Source: Clostridia bacterium (lineage in GTDB: Bacteria > Bacillota > Clostridia > Christensenellales > CAG-138). Taken from it: DNA of 64,000 nucleotides. Made by a program: the position numbers and the translations under genes. Below are positions 19,648 through 35,030 of the stretch, in pieces (position 1 is the stretch's first letter; every line of letters starts with the position of its first letter). The notes beneath the pieces were generated by a model. The model was not told the DNA's origin and ran no database searches. It worked only from the letters and a program-made list of their open reading frames with translations. Where the stretch lies: assembly GCA_017525875.1 (NCBI GenBank), contig JAFXSG010000013.1, positions 154 through 64,153 on the forward strand, read 5' to 3'.

Positions 19648-19818
19648 TCAATACTTGCGCTTCCTTGCAGCTTCAGCCTTCTTTTTGCGCTTCACGCTGG
19701 GCTTTTCATAATGCTCACGCTTTCTCGCATCAGCAAGGATACCGGAACGGGCACACTTGCGCTTCCAACGCTTGATGGCGCTTTCCAAGGACTCATTTTC
19801 GCCAACTCGAATTTCCAT
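19648..19818 (-). CDS. rpsU: 30S ribosomal protein S21
   Basis: [47 protein letters not shown]. Start re-picked after the gagaggggg SD. Confidence 0.93.
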   Translation of the reverse strand: MEIRVGENESLESAIKRWKRKCARSGILADARKREHYEKPSVKRKKKAEAARKRKY

Positions 19819-19893
19819 TAACAGTTTCCCCCCTCTCTCATGTGGGAATATCACGAGCGTTATTTCATTCGAGATAACAGCTGTCAACAAATG

Positions 19894-19922
19894 ATTATAA
19901 CTTATTCCGCCAGCTAAGTCAA
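19894..19922 (-). promoter_or_regulatory. Putative rpsU promoter
   Basis: On the minus strand: ttgact, 17-nt spacer, tataat. Confidence 0.5.
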
Positions 19923-19966
19923 CACCATTTTCTTTGCAAATAAAATATACTTATTGAAAAATATGC

Positions 19967-19995
19967 TTGAAACAGTATTTCAAATGTGATATAAT
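19967..19995 (+). promoter_or_regulatory. Putative deoD promoter
   Basis: ttgaaa, 17-nt spacer, tataat, with an extended -10 TGn. Confidence 0.5.
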
Positions 19996-20030
19996 CTTAA
20001 TGGAAAAATATAAATTGAGAGGTATTATTC

Positions 20031-20741
20031 ATGAGCAATATCCCCACTCCTCATATTTCCGCAAAGCTCGGCGACTTCGCCGAGACCGTGCTTATGCCCG
20101 GCGATCCGAAAAGGGCAAAGTTCATTGCAAACACCTATCTGACCGACGCAGTGCTCATCAACGACGTACGCGGCGTCCAGGGCTATACCGGCTACTACAA
20201 GGGCAAGCGCGTTTCCGTTATGGCAAGCGGCATGGGCATCCCGTCCATCGGCATTTACTCATACGAACTCTTCAATTTCTACAACGTCAAGAATATCATC
20301 CGCATCGGTTCCGCCGGTGCGATAGATCCGGAGCTCAAGATCCGCGACGTCGTCATCGCGCAGGGCGCCTGCACGAATTCGAACTTCGTCAGCCAGTATG
20401 AGCTTCCCGGCACTTATGCGCCGATCGCAAGCTATGATCTGCTCAAGAAAGCGGTCGACGAGGCGGAGCGCATCGGCGTTCGCTTCAAGGTCGGCAACAT
20501 CCTTTCGTCAGACACTTTCTACGACGATTCGGCAAGCCTCGGCAAGTGGCAGAAGATGGGCGTGCTCGCCGTTGAGATGGAGTCCGCGGGACTTTACTGC
20601 AACGCGGCGCGCGCCGGCAAGAACGCGCTGTGCATCTGCACCATTTCCGACTGCCCGTTCAGCCCCGGCCAGGACTGCACGGCAGAAGAACGCCAGGAAA
20701 GCTTCACAAAGATGATGGAGATCGCTCTCGAGATCGCCTGA
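20031..20741 (+). CDS. deoD: Purine nucleoside phosphorylase, DeoD type
   Basis: [39 protein letters not shown] and VEMESAGLY, at a typical length of 236 aa. Confidence 0.93.
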   Translation: MSNIPTPHISAKLGDFAETVLMPGDPKRAKFIANTYLTDAVLINDVRGVQGYTGYYKGKRVSVMASGMGIPSIGIYSYELFNFYNVKNIIRIGSAGAIDPELKIRDVVIAQGACTNSNFVSQYELPGTYAPIASYDLLKKAVDEAERIGVRFKVGNILSSDTFYDDSASLGKWQKMGVLAVEMESAGLYCNAARAGKNALCICTISDCPFSPGQDCTAEERQESFTKMMEIALEIA

Positions 20742-20773
20742 AAATAAAATGTTCCGCAGTTTAGGAGGGTAAT

Positions 20774-21265
20774 ATGTTTTCAATAGGGGATACCGTTTGC
20801 TACCCGCTTCACGGTGTCGGCAGAATTGAATCTATAGAAGATCGTCAGGTTTTGGAGAAGAAGGCGACCTACTATGTCATTGCCCTCAACAACACGCGGA
20901 TGACGGCGATGCTTCCCGTCGCTACCGCGGAGGAAGTCGGTCTTCGCCATATCATCTCGCCGTCCGAATGCAACAAGGTGATAGACTATATCAAGACCGC
21001 CGAAGTCGGCATCGGCGATTCCAACTGGAACCAGCGTTATCGCGACAATATGGAAAAGCTTCGCCGCGGCGATCCGTTCAACGTGATAGACGTCATCCTC
21101 TGCCTCACCAAGCGCAACAGGATGCGCACGCTCAGCTCCGGCGAACGGAAAATGCTTTCCAACGCAAAGAGCATCCTCGTTTCGGAGATCTCGGCTGTCA
21201 CCGGAAGATCGATCGAAGACTGTGAAAAATGGGTGTTTGAAGGTCTCCCCGAAGCGCGGATCTGA
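20774..21265 (+). CDS. CarD/CdnL family transcriptional regulator
   Basis: MFSIGDTVCYPLHGVGRIESIE (RNAP-interacting Tudor-like domain), then a helical C-terminal domain. Confidence 0.88.
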   Translation: MFSIGDTVCYPLHGVGRIESIEDRQVLEKKATYYVIALNNTRMTAMLPVATAEEVGLRHIISPSECNKVIDYIKTAEVGIGDSNWNQRYRDNMEKLRRGDPFNVIDVILCLTKRNRMRTLSSGERKMLSNAKSILVSEISAVTGRSIEDCEKWVFEGLPEARI

Positions 21266-21281
21266 CCGCCCCCGATCTGAA

Positions 21282-22367
21282 TTGAAGTCCAAGATAGCAA
21301 AACTCATTTCCGCGCTGCTCTTCGCGGCGCTCGGGACCAGCATAGCAAAGTTCATTCTGGACAGCAAGCTCCTGTCCGCCTTGGGCGAAAGCACTATGCT
21401 GTGGCTTCCCGCTGTGCTTTATATCTCGTGTGCGCTCGTTTTCGGCGTGATCGGCTTCCTGCTCGCTCCGTCATTGATGAAGGCCTACCATTTCCTGATC
21501 TCTTCGCTGATGCGCCGTTTCAGCGATATGCCTCTTTCAAAGATCTTCGTCGGTGTGATCGGTCTGATCATAGCGCTCGTGCTCGCATATCTGCTCAGCT
21601 TTCTGCCGCTTCGCATCCAGCCGCAGTTTATCGGTACTGCGCTCTGCGTCCTGATGTACATCATCTTCGCAACGCTCGGCTGGATGATCCCGACGAAGCG
21701 CTTTAAGGAGCTTTCGCTCCCGTCGTGGCTGCGCAGCTCCGAAAAGGGGGAACGCGGCAAGCGCTCGACCGCCTCCGCAAAGGTGATCGATACCTCGTCG
21801 ATCATCGACGGCAGGTTCTTCGACGTGCTCAAGACCGGCATTATTGAAGGCACGATCATCGTCCCCCAGTTCGTACTCGACGAGCTTCGCTACATTGCCG
21901 ACAGCTCCGACCCTCTTAAAAGAGCGCGGGGCAGGAGAGGACTCGATATTCTGAACGATATCCGCAAGACCGAGGACGGGCAGAACATCATCGTTACCGA
22001 CGTCGACTATCCGGAGCTTGAAGACGTGGATTCAAAGCTCATGCGTCTCGCCTCCGAAAAGCACGCCTGCATCGTGACCAACGATTACAACCTCAATAAG
22101 GCCGCTTCCGTTCACCGCATCAAGGTATTCAACATCAACGACCTTGCAAACGCACTTCGCACCAACGTAACGGCGGGAGAGGAGATCCGCGTTTCCATCG
22201 TCAAAGAGGGTAAGGAGCTCACGCAGGGCGTCGCTTATCTTGACGACGGGACCATGGTCGTTGTGGAAGGCGCGCGCGAGCTCATCGGCAGCACGATCGA
22301 AGCGACAGTCACAAGCGTCCTGCAGACCTCCGCCGGTAAGATGATCTTTGCCAAAGTCAAGGAATGA
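21282..22367 (+). CDS. PIN/TRAM domain membrane protein (YacL-like)
   Basis: N-terminal TM helices, a PIN domain (KVIDTSSIIDGRF...ACIVTNDYNLNK) and a C-terminal TRAM domain (GEEIRVSIVKEGKELTQGVAYLDDGTMVVVEG). Follows carD as in other Firmicutes. I chose the TTG at 21282; the track start 21222 overlaps carD. Confidence 0.8.
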   Translation: MKSKIAKLISALLFAALGTSIAKFILDSKLLSALGESTMLWLPAVLYISCALVFGVIGFLLAPSLMKAYHFLISSLMRRFSDMPLSKIFVGVIGLIIALVLAYLLSFLPLRIQPQFIGTALCVLMYIIFATLGWMIPTKRFKELSLPSWLRSSEKGERGKRSTASAKVIDTSSIIDGRFFDVLKTGIIEGTIIVPQFVLDELRYIADSSDPLKRARGRRGLDILNDIRKTEDGQNIIVTDVDYPELEDVDSKLMRLASEKHACIVTNDYNLNKAASVHRIKVFNINDLANALRTNVTAGEEIRVSIVKEGKELTQGVAYLDDGTMVVVEGARELIGSTIEATVTSVLQTSAGKMIFAKVKE

Positions 22368-22387
22368 CCTGAGTATTATGCAGCGAT

Positions 22388-22415
22388 AAACGGCAGCCTT
22401 TCAGCTGCCGTTTTT
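22388..22415. terminator. Bidirectional terminator between the convergent PIN/TRAM and sirtuin genes
   Basis: aaacggcagc / gctgccgttt forms a 10-bp stem, flanked by an A run and a T run. Confidence 0.7.
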
Positions 22416-22439
22416 GTACGCGCAAAAACGTATTTTCTT

Positions 22440-23180
22440 TTACTTTGCGTCGAGCACGGCTTCCTTTAGCACCTTGCCGATCGAATCGTTTATGACAAGA
22501 TCCGCATAGCTGTCATAAGGCGTTTCGCTCTTGTTGATGAGCACGAGCCTGTTGCCGCGGTAGTAATTTATGAGTCCCGCGGCGGGGTAGACCTGCAGCG
22601 AAGTCCCGCCGACGATCAGCATATCCGCACGCATGATCGCGGTCACAGCTCCCATCAGGCAGTTTTCATCGAGCGATTCTTCATAAAGCACGACGTCCGG
22701 CTTGATCCTTCCGCCGCAGGGGCAATAGGGGACGCCTTCTGCATTGTGCACGTATTCCGCGTCAAAGAACCGCCCGCATTTTTCGCAGTGATTGCGATGG
22801 ATGGAGCCATGCAGTTCGAACACGTTTTTGCTGCCCGCCATCTGGTGCAGTCCGTCGATGTTCTGCGTCACGACCGCGGTCAGCTTGCCCTGCTTTTCAA
22901 GCTCCGCAAGCGCCAGATGTGCGTCGTTCGGTTTGGCGTCCGTGCTCATGAGCAAAGTCTTATAATATTTGAAGAACACCTCCGGTTTGCGAACGTAAAA
23001 GCTGTGTGAAAGCAGTTCCTCGGGCGAATAGCCGAATTCCTGTATCGCCTTGAAGATGCCGTTCGAGCTGCGGAAATCCGGTATGCCGCTCTCAACGGAA
23101 ACTCCCGCGCCGCCGAGGAAGACGATCTTGCCGCTCTCCGCGATCATTTTCTTAAGCTGTTCGATCTTAGTTTCGGGCAT
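22440..23180 (-). CDS. cobB: NAD-dependent protein deacylase (Sir2 family)
   Basis: GAGVSVESGIPDFRS, QNIDGLH, zinc site CEKCG...CPCGG, and GTSLQVYPA. ATG 23180 follows aggag. Confidence 0.9.
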   Translation of the reverse strand: MPETKIEQLKKMIAESGKIVFLGGAGVSVESGIPDFRSSNGIFKAIQEFGYSPEELLSHSFYVRKPEVFFKYYKTLLMSTDAKPNDAHLALAELEKQGKLTAVVTQNIDGLHQMAGSKNVFELHGSIHRNHCEKCGRFFDAEYVHNAEGVPYCPCGGRIKPDVVLYEESLDENCLMGAVTAIMRADMLIVGGTSLQVYPAAGLINYYRGNRLVLINKSETPYDSYADLVINDSIGKVLKEAVLDAK

Positions 23181-23290
23181 ATTCCATTCACTCCTTCTCA
23201 TGTTTTCGACCTTGTTGATATTATACCATTTTCCAGCACCTTTTCACACATTTTATAAGGAAAATCCGCATTGAAAAGTGAATATATAGT

Positions 23291-23319
23291 TTGACATCAT
23301 ACTTCCGCGGGACTATAAT
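23291..23319 (+). promoter_or_regulatory. Putative promoter of the aminotransferase-tdh-kbl cluster
   Basis: ttgaca, 17-nt spacer, tataat. Confidence 0.55.
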
Positions 23320-23363
23320 TGATATGTTGGAACAATCCAAAAAAGCTATTTGGGGGTATATTT

Positions 23364-24638
23364 ATGAAGCTCAACGAAATGTCCCGTCAGCAGCTCGAAA
23401 ACTTATATCAGGTCACCCTTGCCGAATACGAAAAATGCAAGGCGCAGGGTCTGCATCTCGATATGTCCCGCGGTAAGCCCGGGCAGGAGCAGTTAGACCT
23501 TTCCATGGATCTTCTTAACATGCATATCGACCCGAACGAGACCAAGATGGACGGCGTCGAAGCCCGCAACTACGGCGAGCTCATGGGCCTTCCCGCGGCG
23601 CGCAGGCTCTTTGCGGAGCTCCTCGGCGTTCGCTTTGAGCAGGTCTTCGCGGGCGGCAGTGCAAGCCTGACGCTTATGTACGACCTTATCGCAAAGGCGT
23701 ATACCCACGGTCTGCTTCACTCCGAAAAGCCCTGGTCGAAGCTCGATAAAGTCCGCTTCCTCTGCCCGGCTCCCGGCTACGACAGGCACTTCACGATCTC
23801 CTCTACCTTCGGCATGGAGCTTATCACCATTCCCATGACCGACAACGGTCCCGATATGGACCTCGTTGAGGAATACGTAAAGGATCCCGCCGTCAAGGGT
23901 ATGTGGTGCGTTCCCAAGTATTCCAATCCCGACGGCATCGTCTATTCCGATGAGACCATCGCCCGCATTGCCTCGCTCCGTCCCGCCGCTCCCGATTTCA
24001 CGCTCGTGTGGGACAACGCGTACTGCGTCCACGAGTTCGACGGGGACTTCGTTCCGTTCGTGAACATCCTCGACGCGTGCGAGAAGGCCGGCAATCCCGA
24101 TATGGTCTTTGAATTCGCATCCACTTCCAAGATCACTTTCCCCGGCGCGGGCATCGCCTGCTTTGCTTGCAGCGAAGCGAACATGGACTACATGAAAAAG
24201 CTCCTCAATGCCCAGATCATCAGCTACGACAAGATCAATCATCTCCGCCACGTGCTCTACTTCAAGAACGCACAGGGCGTGCTTGATCACATGAAGAAGC
24301 ATGCCGCCATCATGAAGCCGAAGTTCGATACCGTGCTCCGTTATCTCGACGGTGAGATCGCTCCGCTCGATATCGCGCATTGGCATCGTCCGCGCGGCGG
24401 CTATTTCGTTTCGCTCTTCGTCATGAACGGCTGCGCAAAGCGCGTCCACGCCCTCTGCAAGGAGGCGGGCGTCGTTATGACCGGCGCAGGCGCGACCTAT
24501 CCCGGCAAGAATGACCCGAACGACAGCAACCTCAGGATCGCTCCCAGCTTCCCGCCTCTCGACGAGCTTGAAAAGGCAATGCAGGTGCTCTGCGTCTGCA
24601 TCAAGCTCGCGGCCGCAGAAAAGCTGCTGAACAAATAA
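23364..24638 (+). CDS. Class I/II PLP-dependent aminotransferase (aspartate aminotransferase-like)
   Basis: LDMSRGKPGQEQLDL, PKYSNPDG, and ASTSKITFPGAG carrying the PLP lysine. Start re-picked at MKLNEM. Confidence 0.82.
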   Translation: MKLNEMSRQQLENLYQVTLAEYEKCKAQGLHLDMSRGKPGQEQLDLSMDLLNMHIDPNETKMDGVEARNYGELMGLPAARRLFAELLGVRFEQVFAGGSASLTLMYDLIAKAYTHGLLHSEKPWSKLDKVRFLCPAPGYDRHFTISSTFGMELITIPMTDNGPDMDLVEEYVKDPAVKGMWCVPKYSNPDGIVYSDETIARIASLRPAAPDFTLVWDNAYCVHEFDGDFVPFVNILDACEKAGNPDMVFEFASTSKITFPGAGIACFACSEANMDYMKKLLNAQIISYDKINHLRHVLYFKNAQGVLDHMKKHAAIMKPKFDTVLRYLDGEIAPLDIAHWHRPRGGYFVSLFVMNGCAKRVHALCKEAGVVMTGAGATYPGKNDPNDSNLRIAPSFPPLDELEKAMQVLCVCIKLAAAEKLLNK

Positions 24639-24668
24639 ACAATTTATAAAAAAGGACGGCAGACAACT

Positions 24669-25709
24669 ATGAAAAAAATGATGGACGCACTCGTCAAGAC
24701 CGAAGCGGGGAAGGGCCTTACCCTCATGCAGGTACCCGTTCCCGAGGTACACCACGGTGAAGTGCTTATCAAGGTGCATAAGACCGCTATCTGCGGCACC
24801 GACGTTCACATCTACAACTGGGATCCCTGGAGCCAGGCACACGTCAAGCCTCCCGTGACGATCGGTCATGAATACGTCGGCGAGATCGCTGCGCTTGGCG
24901 AAGGCGTTGAAGGCTACGAGATCGGCCAGCTCGTCTCCGGCGAGGGTCACATCACCTGCGGCCTCTGCCGCAACTGCCGCAGCGGCAAAAGCCACCTCTG
25001 CGCCAAAACGCAGGGCGTCGGCGTGCAGCGCGACGGCGCGTTTGCGGAATACATCTGCATCCCCGCAAGGAACGTCATCCCCGTCACCTGGGATATCCCG
25101 GAAGACATCATCTCCTTCTTCGACGCGTACGGCAACGCGACTCACACCGCGCTGATGTTCGACGTTATCGGTGAAGACGTGCTCATCACCGGCGCCGGCC
25201 CGATCGGCATGATGGCGGCCGCTATCTGCAAGCATAACGGCGCACGCAACGTCGTCGTTACCGACATCAACGATTACCGTCTCGGCCTTGCCAAGAAGAT
25301 GGGTGCGACCCGCGTTGTGAACACCACGAAGGAAAAGCTTGAGGACGTCATGGCGGAGCTCAAGATGACGGAAGGCTTCGACGTCGGTCTTGAAATGAGC
25401 GGCAGCGGCATCGCTCTCAACCAGATGATCTCCGCAATGCGCAACGCCGGCAAGGTCGCCCTGCTCGGCATCGCAAAGCCCGGCACCGCCGTCGACTGGA
25501 ACGACGTTATCTTCAAGGGCCTCACTCTGCAGGGCATCTACGGCCGTCAGATGTTCGAGACCTGGTACAAGATGGGCGCAATGGTCGAAGCCGGTCTCGA
25601 CCTCACTCCGATGATCACCCACCGCTTCAACTATCGCGACTTTGAAAAGGGCTTCGAGGCCATGAACAGCGGCGCGAGCGGCAAGGTCGTTCTCAATTGG
25701 ACCAAATAA
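24669..25709 (+). CDS. tdh: L-threonine 3-dehydrogenase (zinc-dependent MDR)
   Basis: [18 protein letters not shown], the structural zinc [15 protein letters not shown], and GAGPIGMMA. kbl follows. Confidence 0.93.
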   Translation: MKKMMDALVKTEAGKGLTLMQVPVPEVHHGEVLIKVHKTAICGTDVHIYNWDPWSQAHVKPPVTIGHEYVGEIAALGEGVEGYEIGQLVSGEGHITCGLCRNCRSGKSHLCAKTQGVGVQRDGAFAEYICIPARNVIPVTWDIPEDIISFFDAYGNATHTALMFDVIGEDVLITGAGPIGMMAAAICKHNGARNVVVTDINDYRLGLAKKMGATRVVNTTKEKLEDVMAELKMTEGFDVGLEMSGSGIALNQMISAMRNAGKVALLGIAKPGTAVDWNDVIFKGLTLQGIYGRQMFETWYKMGAMVEAGLDLTPMITHRFNYRDFEKGFEAMNSGASGKVVLNWTK

Positions 25710-25736
25710 TAAAATCTATATAAAGGAGACTCCATT

Positions 25737-26918
25737 ATGAAACAGGCATACGAGATCTTCCAAAAAGAGCTGGACGCGATCCGCGAGGCCGGCACCTGGA
25801 GGGAAGAGCGCATCATCACCACCGAACAGCGCGCAAGGATCGACACCACCAAGGTCAAGGGCGTTCTCAATATGTGCGCCAACAACTACCTCGGCCTTGC
25901 CAACAACCCCGAGATCATTGCCGCCGCCAAGGCAAGCTATGATAAGTGGGGCTACGGCCTTTCCTCCGTCCGCTTCATCTGCGGCACTCAGCAGATCCAC
26001 AAGGAGCTGGAGCGCAAGCTTGCTGATTTCCTCGAGATGGACGACTGCATCCTTTACACCTCCTGCTTCGACGCGAACGGCGGTCTGTTCGAGACCATCC
26101 TCGGGCCCGACGACGCTATCCTCTCCGACGAGCTGAACCCTGCCTCCCTCATCGACGGCGTCCGTCTCTGCAAGGCACACAGGTTCCGCTATAAGAACAA
26201 CAACATGGACGACCTCCGCGCACAGCTCGAAGCAGCCAAGGACTGCCGCATCAAGCTGATCGCTACCGACGGCGTTTTCTCCATGGACGGCATCATCGCA
26301 AACCTTCCCGCCATCTGCGACCTGGCCGATGAATACGGCGCTCTCGTTATGGTCGACGACAGCCATGCCGTCGGTTTCATGGGCGAGCACGGCAAGGGCA
26401 CTCACGAGGCCTGCGGCGTGATGGGTCGTGTAGACATCATCACCGGCACCCTCGGCAAGGCAATGGGCGGTGCGTCCGGCGGCTACACCTGCGCACGCCA
26501 GGAGATCGTCGACATGCTTCGCCAGAAGTCCCGTCCGTATCTCTTCTCCAACACCCTCGCTCCCGCCATCTGCGCAGCATCCATCAAGGTCATCGACATG
26601 CTGACCGAGTCCACCGCGCTGCGCGACAAGGTCCACGAGAACACCCGCTACTTCCGTGAGCAGCTGGGCAAGATCGGTTTCGACGTCATCGAGAGCACCC
26701 ATCCGATCGTTCCCGTCATGCTGTACGATCCCAAGATCGCTCAGGAGTTCGCCCGCCGCATGCTCGAAAAGGGCGTTTACGTGGTCGGCTTCTGCTATCC
26801 CGTCGTCCCGAAGGGCAAGGACAGGATCCGCACCCAGGTTTCCGCAGGCCACACCAAGGAAGACCTCGACTTCGCAGTAAAGTGCTTCAAGGAAGTCAAA
26901 GAGGAAATGGGTATCTGA
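25737..26918 (+). CDS. kbl: Glycine C-acetyltransferase (2-amino-3-ketobutyrate CoA ligase)
   Basis: [21 protein letters not shown], and [14 protein letters not shown] carrying the PLP lysine. Confidence 0.93.
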   Translation: MKQAYEIFQKELDAIREAGTWREERIITTEQRARIDTTKVKGVLNMCANNYLGLANNPEIIAAAKASYDKWGYGLSSVRFICGTQQIHKELERKLADFLEMDDCILYTSCFDANGGLFETILGPDDAILSDELNPASLIDGVRLCKAHRFRYKNNNMDDLRAQLEAAKDCRIKLIATDGVFSMDGIIANLPAICDLADEYGALVMVDDSHAVGFMGEHGKGTHEACGVMGRVDIITGTLGKAMGGASGGYTCARQEIVDMLRQKSRPYLFSNTLAPAICAASIKVIDMLTESTALRDKVHENTRYFREQLGKIGFDVIESTHPIVPVMLYDPKIAQEFARRMLEKGVYVVGFCYPVVPKGKDRIRTQVSAGHTKEDLDFAVKCFKEVKEEMGI

Positions 26919-26938
26919 CGTAAAGAATAATATATTTT

Positions 26939-26967
26939 CAGAAGGGCGGCATATTGCCGTCCTTCTG
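26939..26967 (+). terminator. Terminator hairpin after kbl
   Basis: cagaagggcggc-atatt-gccgtccttctg forms a 12-bp stem with one G-U pair. Confidence 0.6.
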
Positions 26968-27009
26968 TGCTATAATCTCAATAATTATTTAAAGAAGGAG
27001 GGTCCTGGT

Positions 27010-27999
27010 ATGGACAAGAAAATCATCTTAAGCGGAATTAAACCCACCGGCATTCCCACACTCGGCAATTATATAGGGGCTCTCCGCAACTGGCGCCTCA
27101 TGCAGGAGGACGACAAGTACTGCTATTACATGGTTGCGGATCTTCACGCGCTGACCGTCCGCAACGATCCCGCCGAGCTTCGTCAGCAGACCCGCTCCAT
27201 GGCGGCGCTGCTCATCGCATGCGGCATCGACCCGAACCGTTCTCCGCTGTTTATTCAAAGCCACGTGCATCAGCACGCGGAGCTCTCGTGGATCCTCGGC
27301 TGCGTCACCTACATGGGCGAGCTCAACCGCATGACCCAGTTCAAGGATAAATCCGCCAAGCATGCGGACAATATCAACGCCGGCCTCTACACCTATCCTG
27401 TGCTGATGGCTTCCGATATCCTCATCTACGGCGCCGATCTCGTGCCCGTGGGAGACGATCAGAAGCAGCACGTTGAGCTTGCGCGCAATATCGCGATCCG
27501 CTTCAACAACGCTTTCGGCGAGACCTTCGTCGTTCCGGAGCCGGTCATGCCGAAGTTCGGCGCGAGGATAATGGGCCTGCAGGACCCCGAGCATAAGATG
27601 AGCAAGACCGACACCAACCCCAACGGCTATATCTCCATGCTCGACGAACCCGCCGTCATCACGAAAAAATTCAAAAAGGCGATCACGGACTGCGAGCCGA
27701 CCATCGCTTATGCCGAAGGCCGCTACGGCTGCAACAATCTGCTCACCATCTACTGTGCCTGCACCGGCAAGACAATGGACGAGGCCGTCAAGGAGTTCGA
27801 AGGCTTCGGCTACGGCAAGCTCAAAACAGCCGTTGCGGACGCCGTCATTGCGGAGCTTGAACCCATCCAGGCCGTTTACAGGCAGTACATGGACGACAGT
27901 GAAGAGCTTGACCGTATCATCGCACGCGGCGCACAGCAGGCCTCCGAGCGCGCGCAGATCACGCTCGACAAGGCGTATAAGGCCGTCGGCATCAGATAA
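27010..27999 (+). CDS. trpS: Tryptophan--tRNA ligase
   Basis: SGIKPTG.PTLGNYIGAL (HIGH-type region), the KMSKT loop (HKMSKTD), and a length of 329 aa. Confidence 0.95.
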   Translation: MDKKIILSGIKPTGIPTLGNYIGALRNWRLMQEDDKYCYYMVADLHALTVRNDPAELRQQTRSMAALLIACGIDPNRSPLFIQSHVHQHAELSWILGCVTYMGELNRMTQFKDKSAKHADNINAGLYTYPVLMASDILIYGADLVPVGDDQKQHVELARNIAIRFNNAFGETFVVPEPVMPKFGARIMGLQDPEHKMSKTDTNPNGYISMLDEPAVITKKFKKAITDCEPTIAYAEGRYGCNNLLTIYCACTGKTMDEAVKEFEGFGYGKLKTAVADAVIAELEPIQAVYRQYMDDSEELDRIIARGAQQASERAQITLDKAYKAVGIR

Positions 28000-28010
28000 C
28001 TCAGTCATAG

Positions 28011-28047
28011 AAAAAGACCGTTTCCAACGAAGGAAACGGTCTTTTTT
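28011..28047. terminator. Bidirectional terminator between the convergent trpS and AIRS-like genes
   Basis: aagaccgtttcc / ggaaacggtctt forms a 12-bp stem, flanked by aaaaa and tttttt. Confidence 0.75.
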
Positions 28048-28049
28048 GT

Positions 28050-33259
<5,210 letters not shown>

Positions 33260-33260
<1 letters not shown>

Positions 33261-34432
33261 TACTTTTTAAGTGCTTCGACGGCTTTTCTGAGCGCGAAGA
33301 GCGCAACTACGAGCTTGTCCTGCGGGAGTGCAAGGTTCCAGCGTTCGAAGCCGCTGCCGTTCTCTCCGAAGAGATCGCCTTCATCGAAAGCAAGGCCGAA
33401 CTTGAGCATGTGCTCCGCAAGCTGCTTGTTGTCCAGGCCGAGCGCGTTCATATCGAGCCACGCAAGGTAAGTGCCTTCGAGCGGGATCACGCGCAGCATG
33501 GGCAGATTCGCCTCCACGAAGGATCTGAGCATCCTGAAGTTGGAATACACTGCGCTGCAGAGCTCGTCGACCCATCGTCCGCATTCGTTGTATGCCGCGA
33601 TGGTCGCAGCTCGCGCGAAGTACGGCACGAGTCCGCCTCCGAGCTTGTCGCAGACCGCGTGGAATTTCTCGGCAAGTTCTTCATTCTTGATGAAGATATT
33701 GGAGCACCCGAGGCCCGCAAGGTTGAAGGTCTTGCTCGCTGCGGTGCAGATGACCGCGTGATCCGCCATCCCGGGGACGTTCGCAAACACGGTGTGCTGC
33801 GCGCCGTTCATGAGCAGGTCGTTGTGGATCTCATCAGCAACGATAACAACGTTGTTCCTGACGCAGATATCGCCCAGCCTCTTGAGCTCGTCCTCCGTCC
33901 AGACACGGCCGACGGGATTATGCGGGCTGCAGAGCAGTAAGAGCTTCACGTCATCCGGGCGCGTCTTTTCCTCGAGGTCGGCATAGTCCATCTCATAGCG
34001 GCCGTTGTGCTCGACGAGGCGGTTCTCGACGATGCGCCTGCCGTTTGAGCGGACCGCATGCGCGAACTGCATATACACGGGGGACTGGATCACCACGCCG
34101 TCGCCGGGCTGAGTAAACGCAAGCACCGCAAGAGCGAGCGCCGGAACGACGCCGTTTGTAGCGAAGAGGCGGAAACCCTCAGCGTCCCAGTTATGCCTGC
34201 GCTTCATCCATCCGAGAACAGCATCCTTATACTCCGGGTCGGCATAGGTATAGCCGAAAACCCTGCGGTCGGCAGCTTTTTTGACTGCTTCGACGATCTC
34301 CGGCGCAACGGCAAACTCCTGATCGGCGATCGTTAAGGGCACAAGACCCGAGCCCTTGACGGGCTCGGGTGCAAAATCGATTTTGATCGCGCCGGTTCCG
34401 GTGCGGTCTATTGATGTTTTGAAATCGTACAT
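33260..34432 (-). CDS. MalY/PatB-type PLP-dependent C-S lyase (cystathionine beta-lyase-like aminotransferase)
   Basis: YTYADPEYKDAVLGWMKRRHNW, SPHNPVGRVW, and AASKTFNLAGL carrying the PLP lysine. Confidence 0.85.
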
Positions 34433-34441
34433 GGCTTAGTC

Positions 34442-35017
34442 TCAGTCGTTGTAGCTGTAGCCCCTGTCGAATGCGTTGAGATTGATCTCGAGGAACTTGG
34501 GCTTGACGCACTGCTCGATGGCCTTATGCCACTCTTCAACGCTGAACGGCAGCTTCTTTGCCACAACGCCCATCAGAACAACGTTCGCCGCGCGGTAGGT
34601 GCCGCACTCGTGAGCGATCTCCACAGCATTGATCTCAACGGTCTTTGCCTCCGCCTCAACTCGGGCAAGGCAGTCCGCGGGGTAAGCGGTCGCGCCGGTG
34701 ATGACGGGCATTGGAAGGATCTCCTGAGTGTTGATAACGATCGTGCCGTCCTTCTTAAGATAGGGGAGGGCACGGAGCGCTTCGAGGTTTTCAAAAGCAA
34801 GCACGATATCAGCCTGGCCCTGTTCCACGATGGAAGAATAGAGGGGCTGATCGTTGCTGATGCGAACGTAGGTAACGACGCTGCCGCCGCGCTGGCTCAT
34901 GCCGTGGACTTCGCTCACACGGACGTCATAACCGTTGTTCATTGCGAGCTGACCGAGGATCTTGCTGGCAAGCAGAGTACCCTGACCGCCGACGCCGACA
35001 ATAACGATATTATACAT
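34442..35017 (-). CDS. iorB: Indolepyruvate:ferredoxin oxidoreductase beta subunit
   Basis: MYNIVIVGVGGQGTLLASKILG...SEVHGMSQRGGSV. ATG 35017 follows aaggagg. Confidence 0.9.
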   Translation of the reverse strand: MYNIVIVGVGGQGTLLASKILGQLAMNNGYDVRVSEVHGMSQRGGSVVTYVRISNDQPLYSSIVEQGQADIVLAFENLEALRALPYLKKDGTIVINTQEILPMPVITGATAYPADCLARVEAEAKTVEINAVEIAHECGTYRAANVVLMGVVAKKLPFSVEEWHKAIEQCVKPKFLEINLNAFDRGYSYND

Positions 35018-35030
35018 ACGAATTACCTCC

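Noticed and set aside
23493-25622. A 709-aa minus-strand ORF opposite the aminotransferase and tdh. Similar mirror ORFs lie at 4173-5681, 12784-13857, 17655-18743, 25716-26852, 27028-28008, 28662-29933, 32196-33245, 35043-36368, 39909-41666 and 60432-61541.
   Set aside because: All lie antisense to confidently identified housekeeping genes. All have compositionally biased translations and lack family motifs. I treat them as shadow ORFs.
26919-27009. A possible T-box leader upstream of trpS.
   Set aside because: Only about 90 nt are available. They are occupied by the kbl terminator hairpin and an extended -10 promoter (tgc tataat). There is no specifier loop or T-box sequence.
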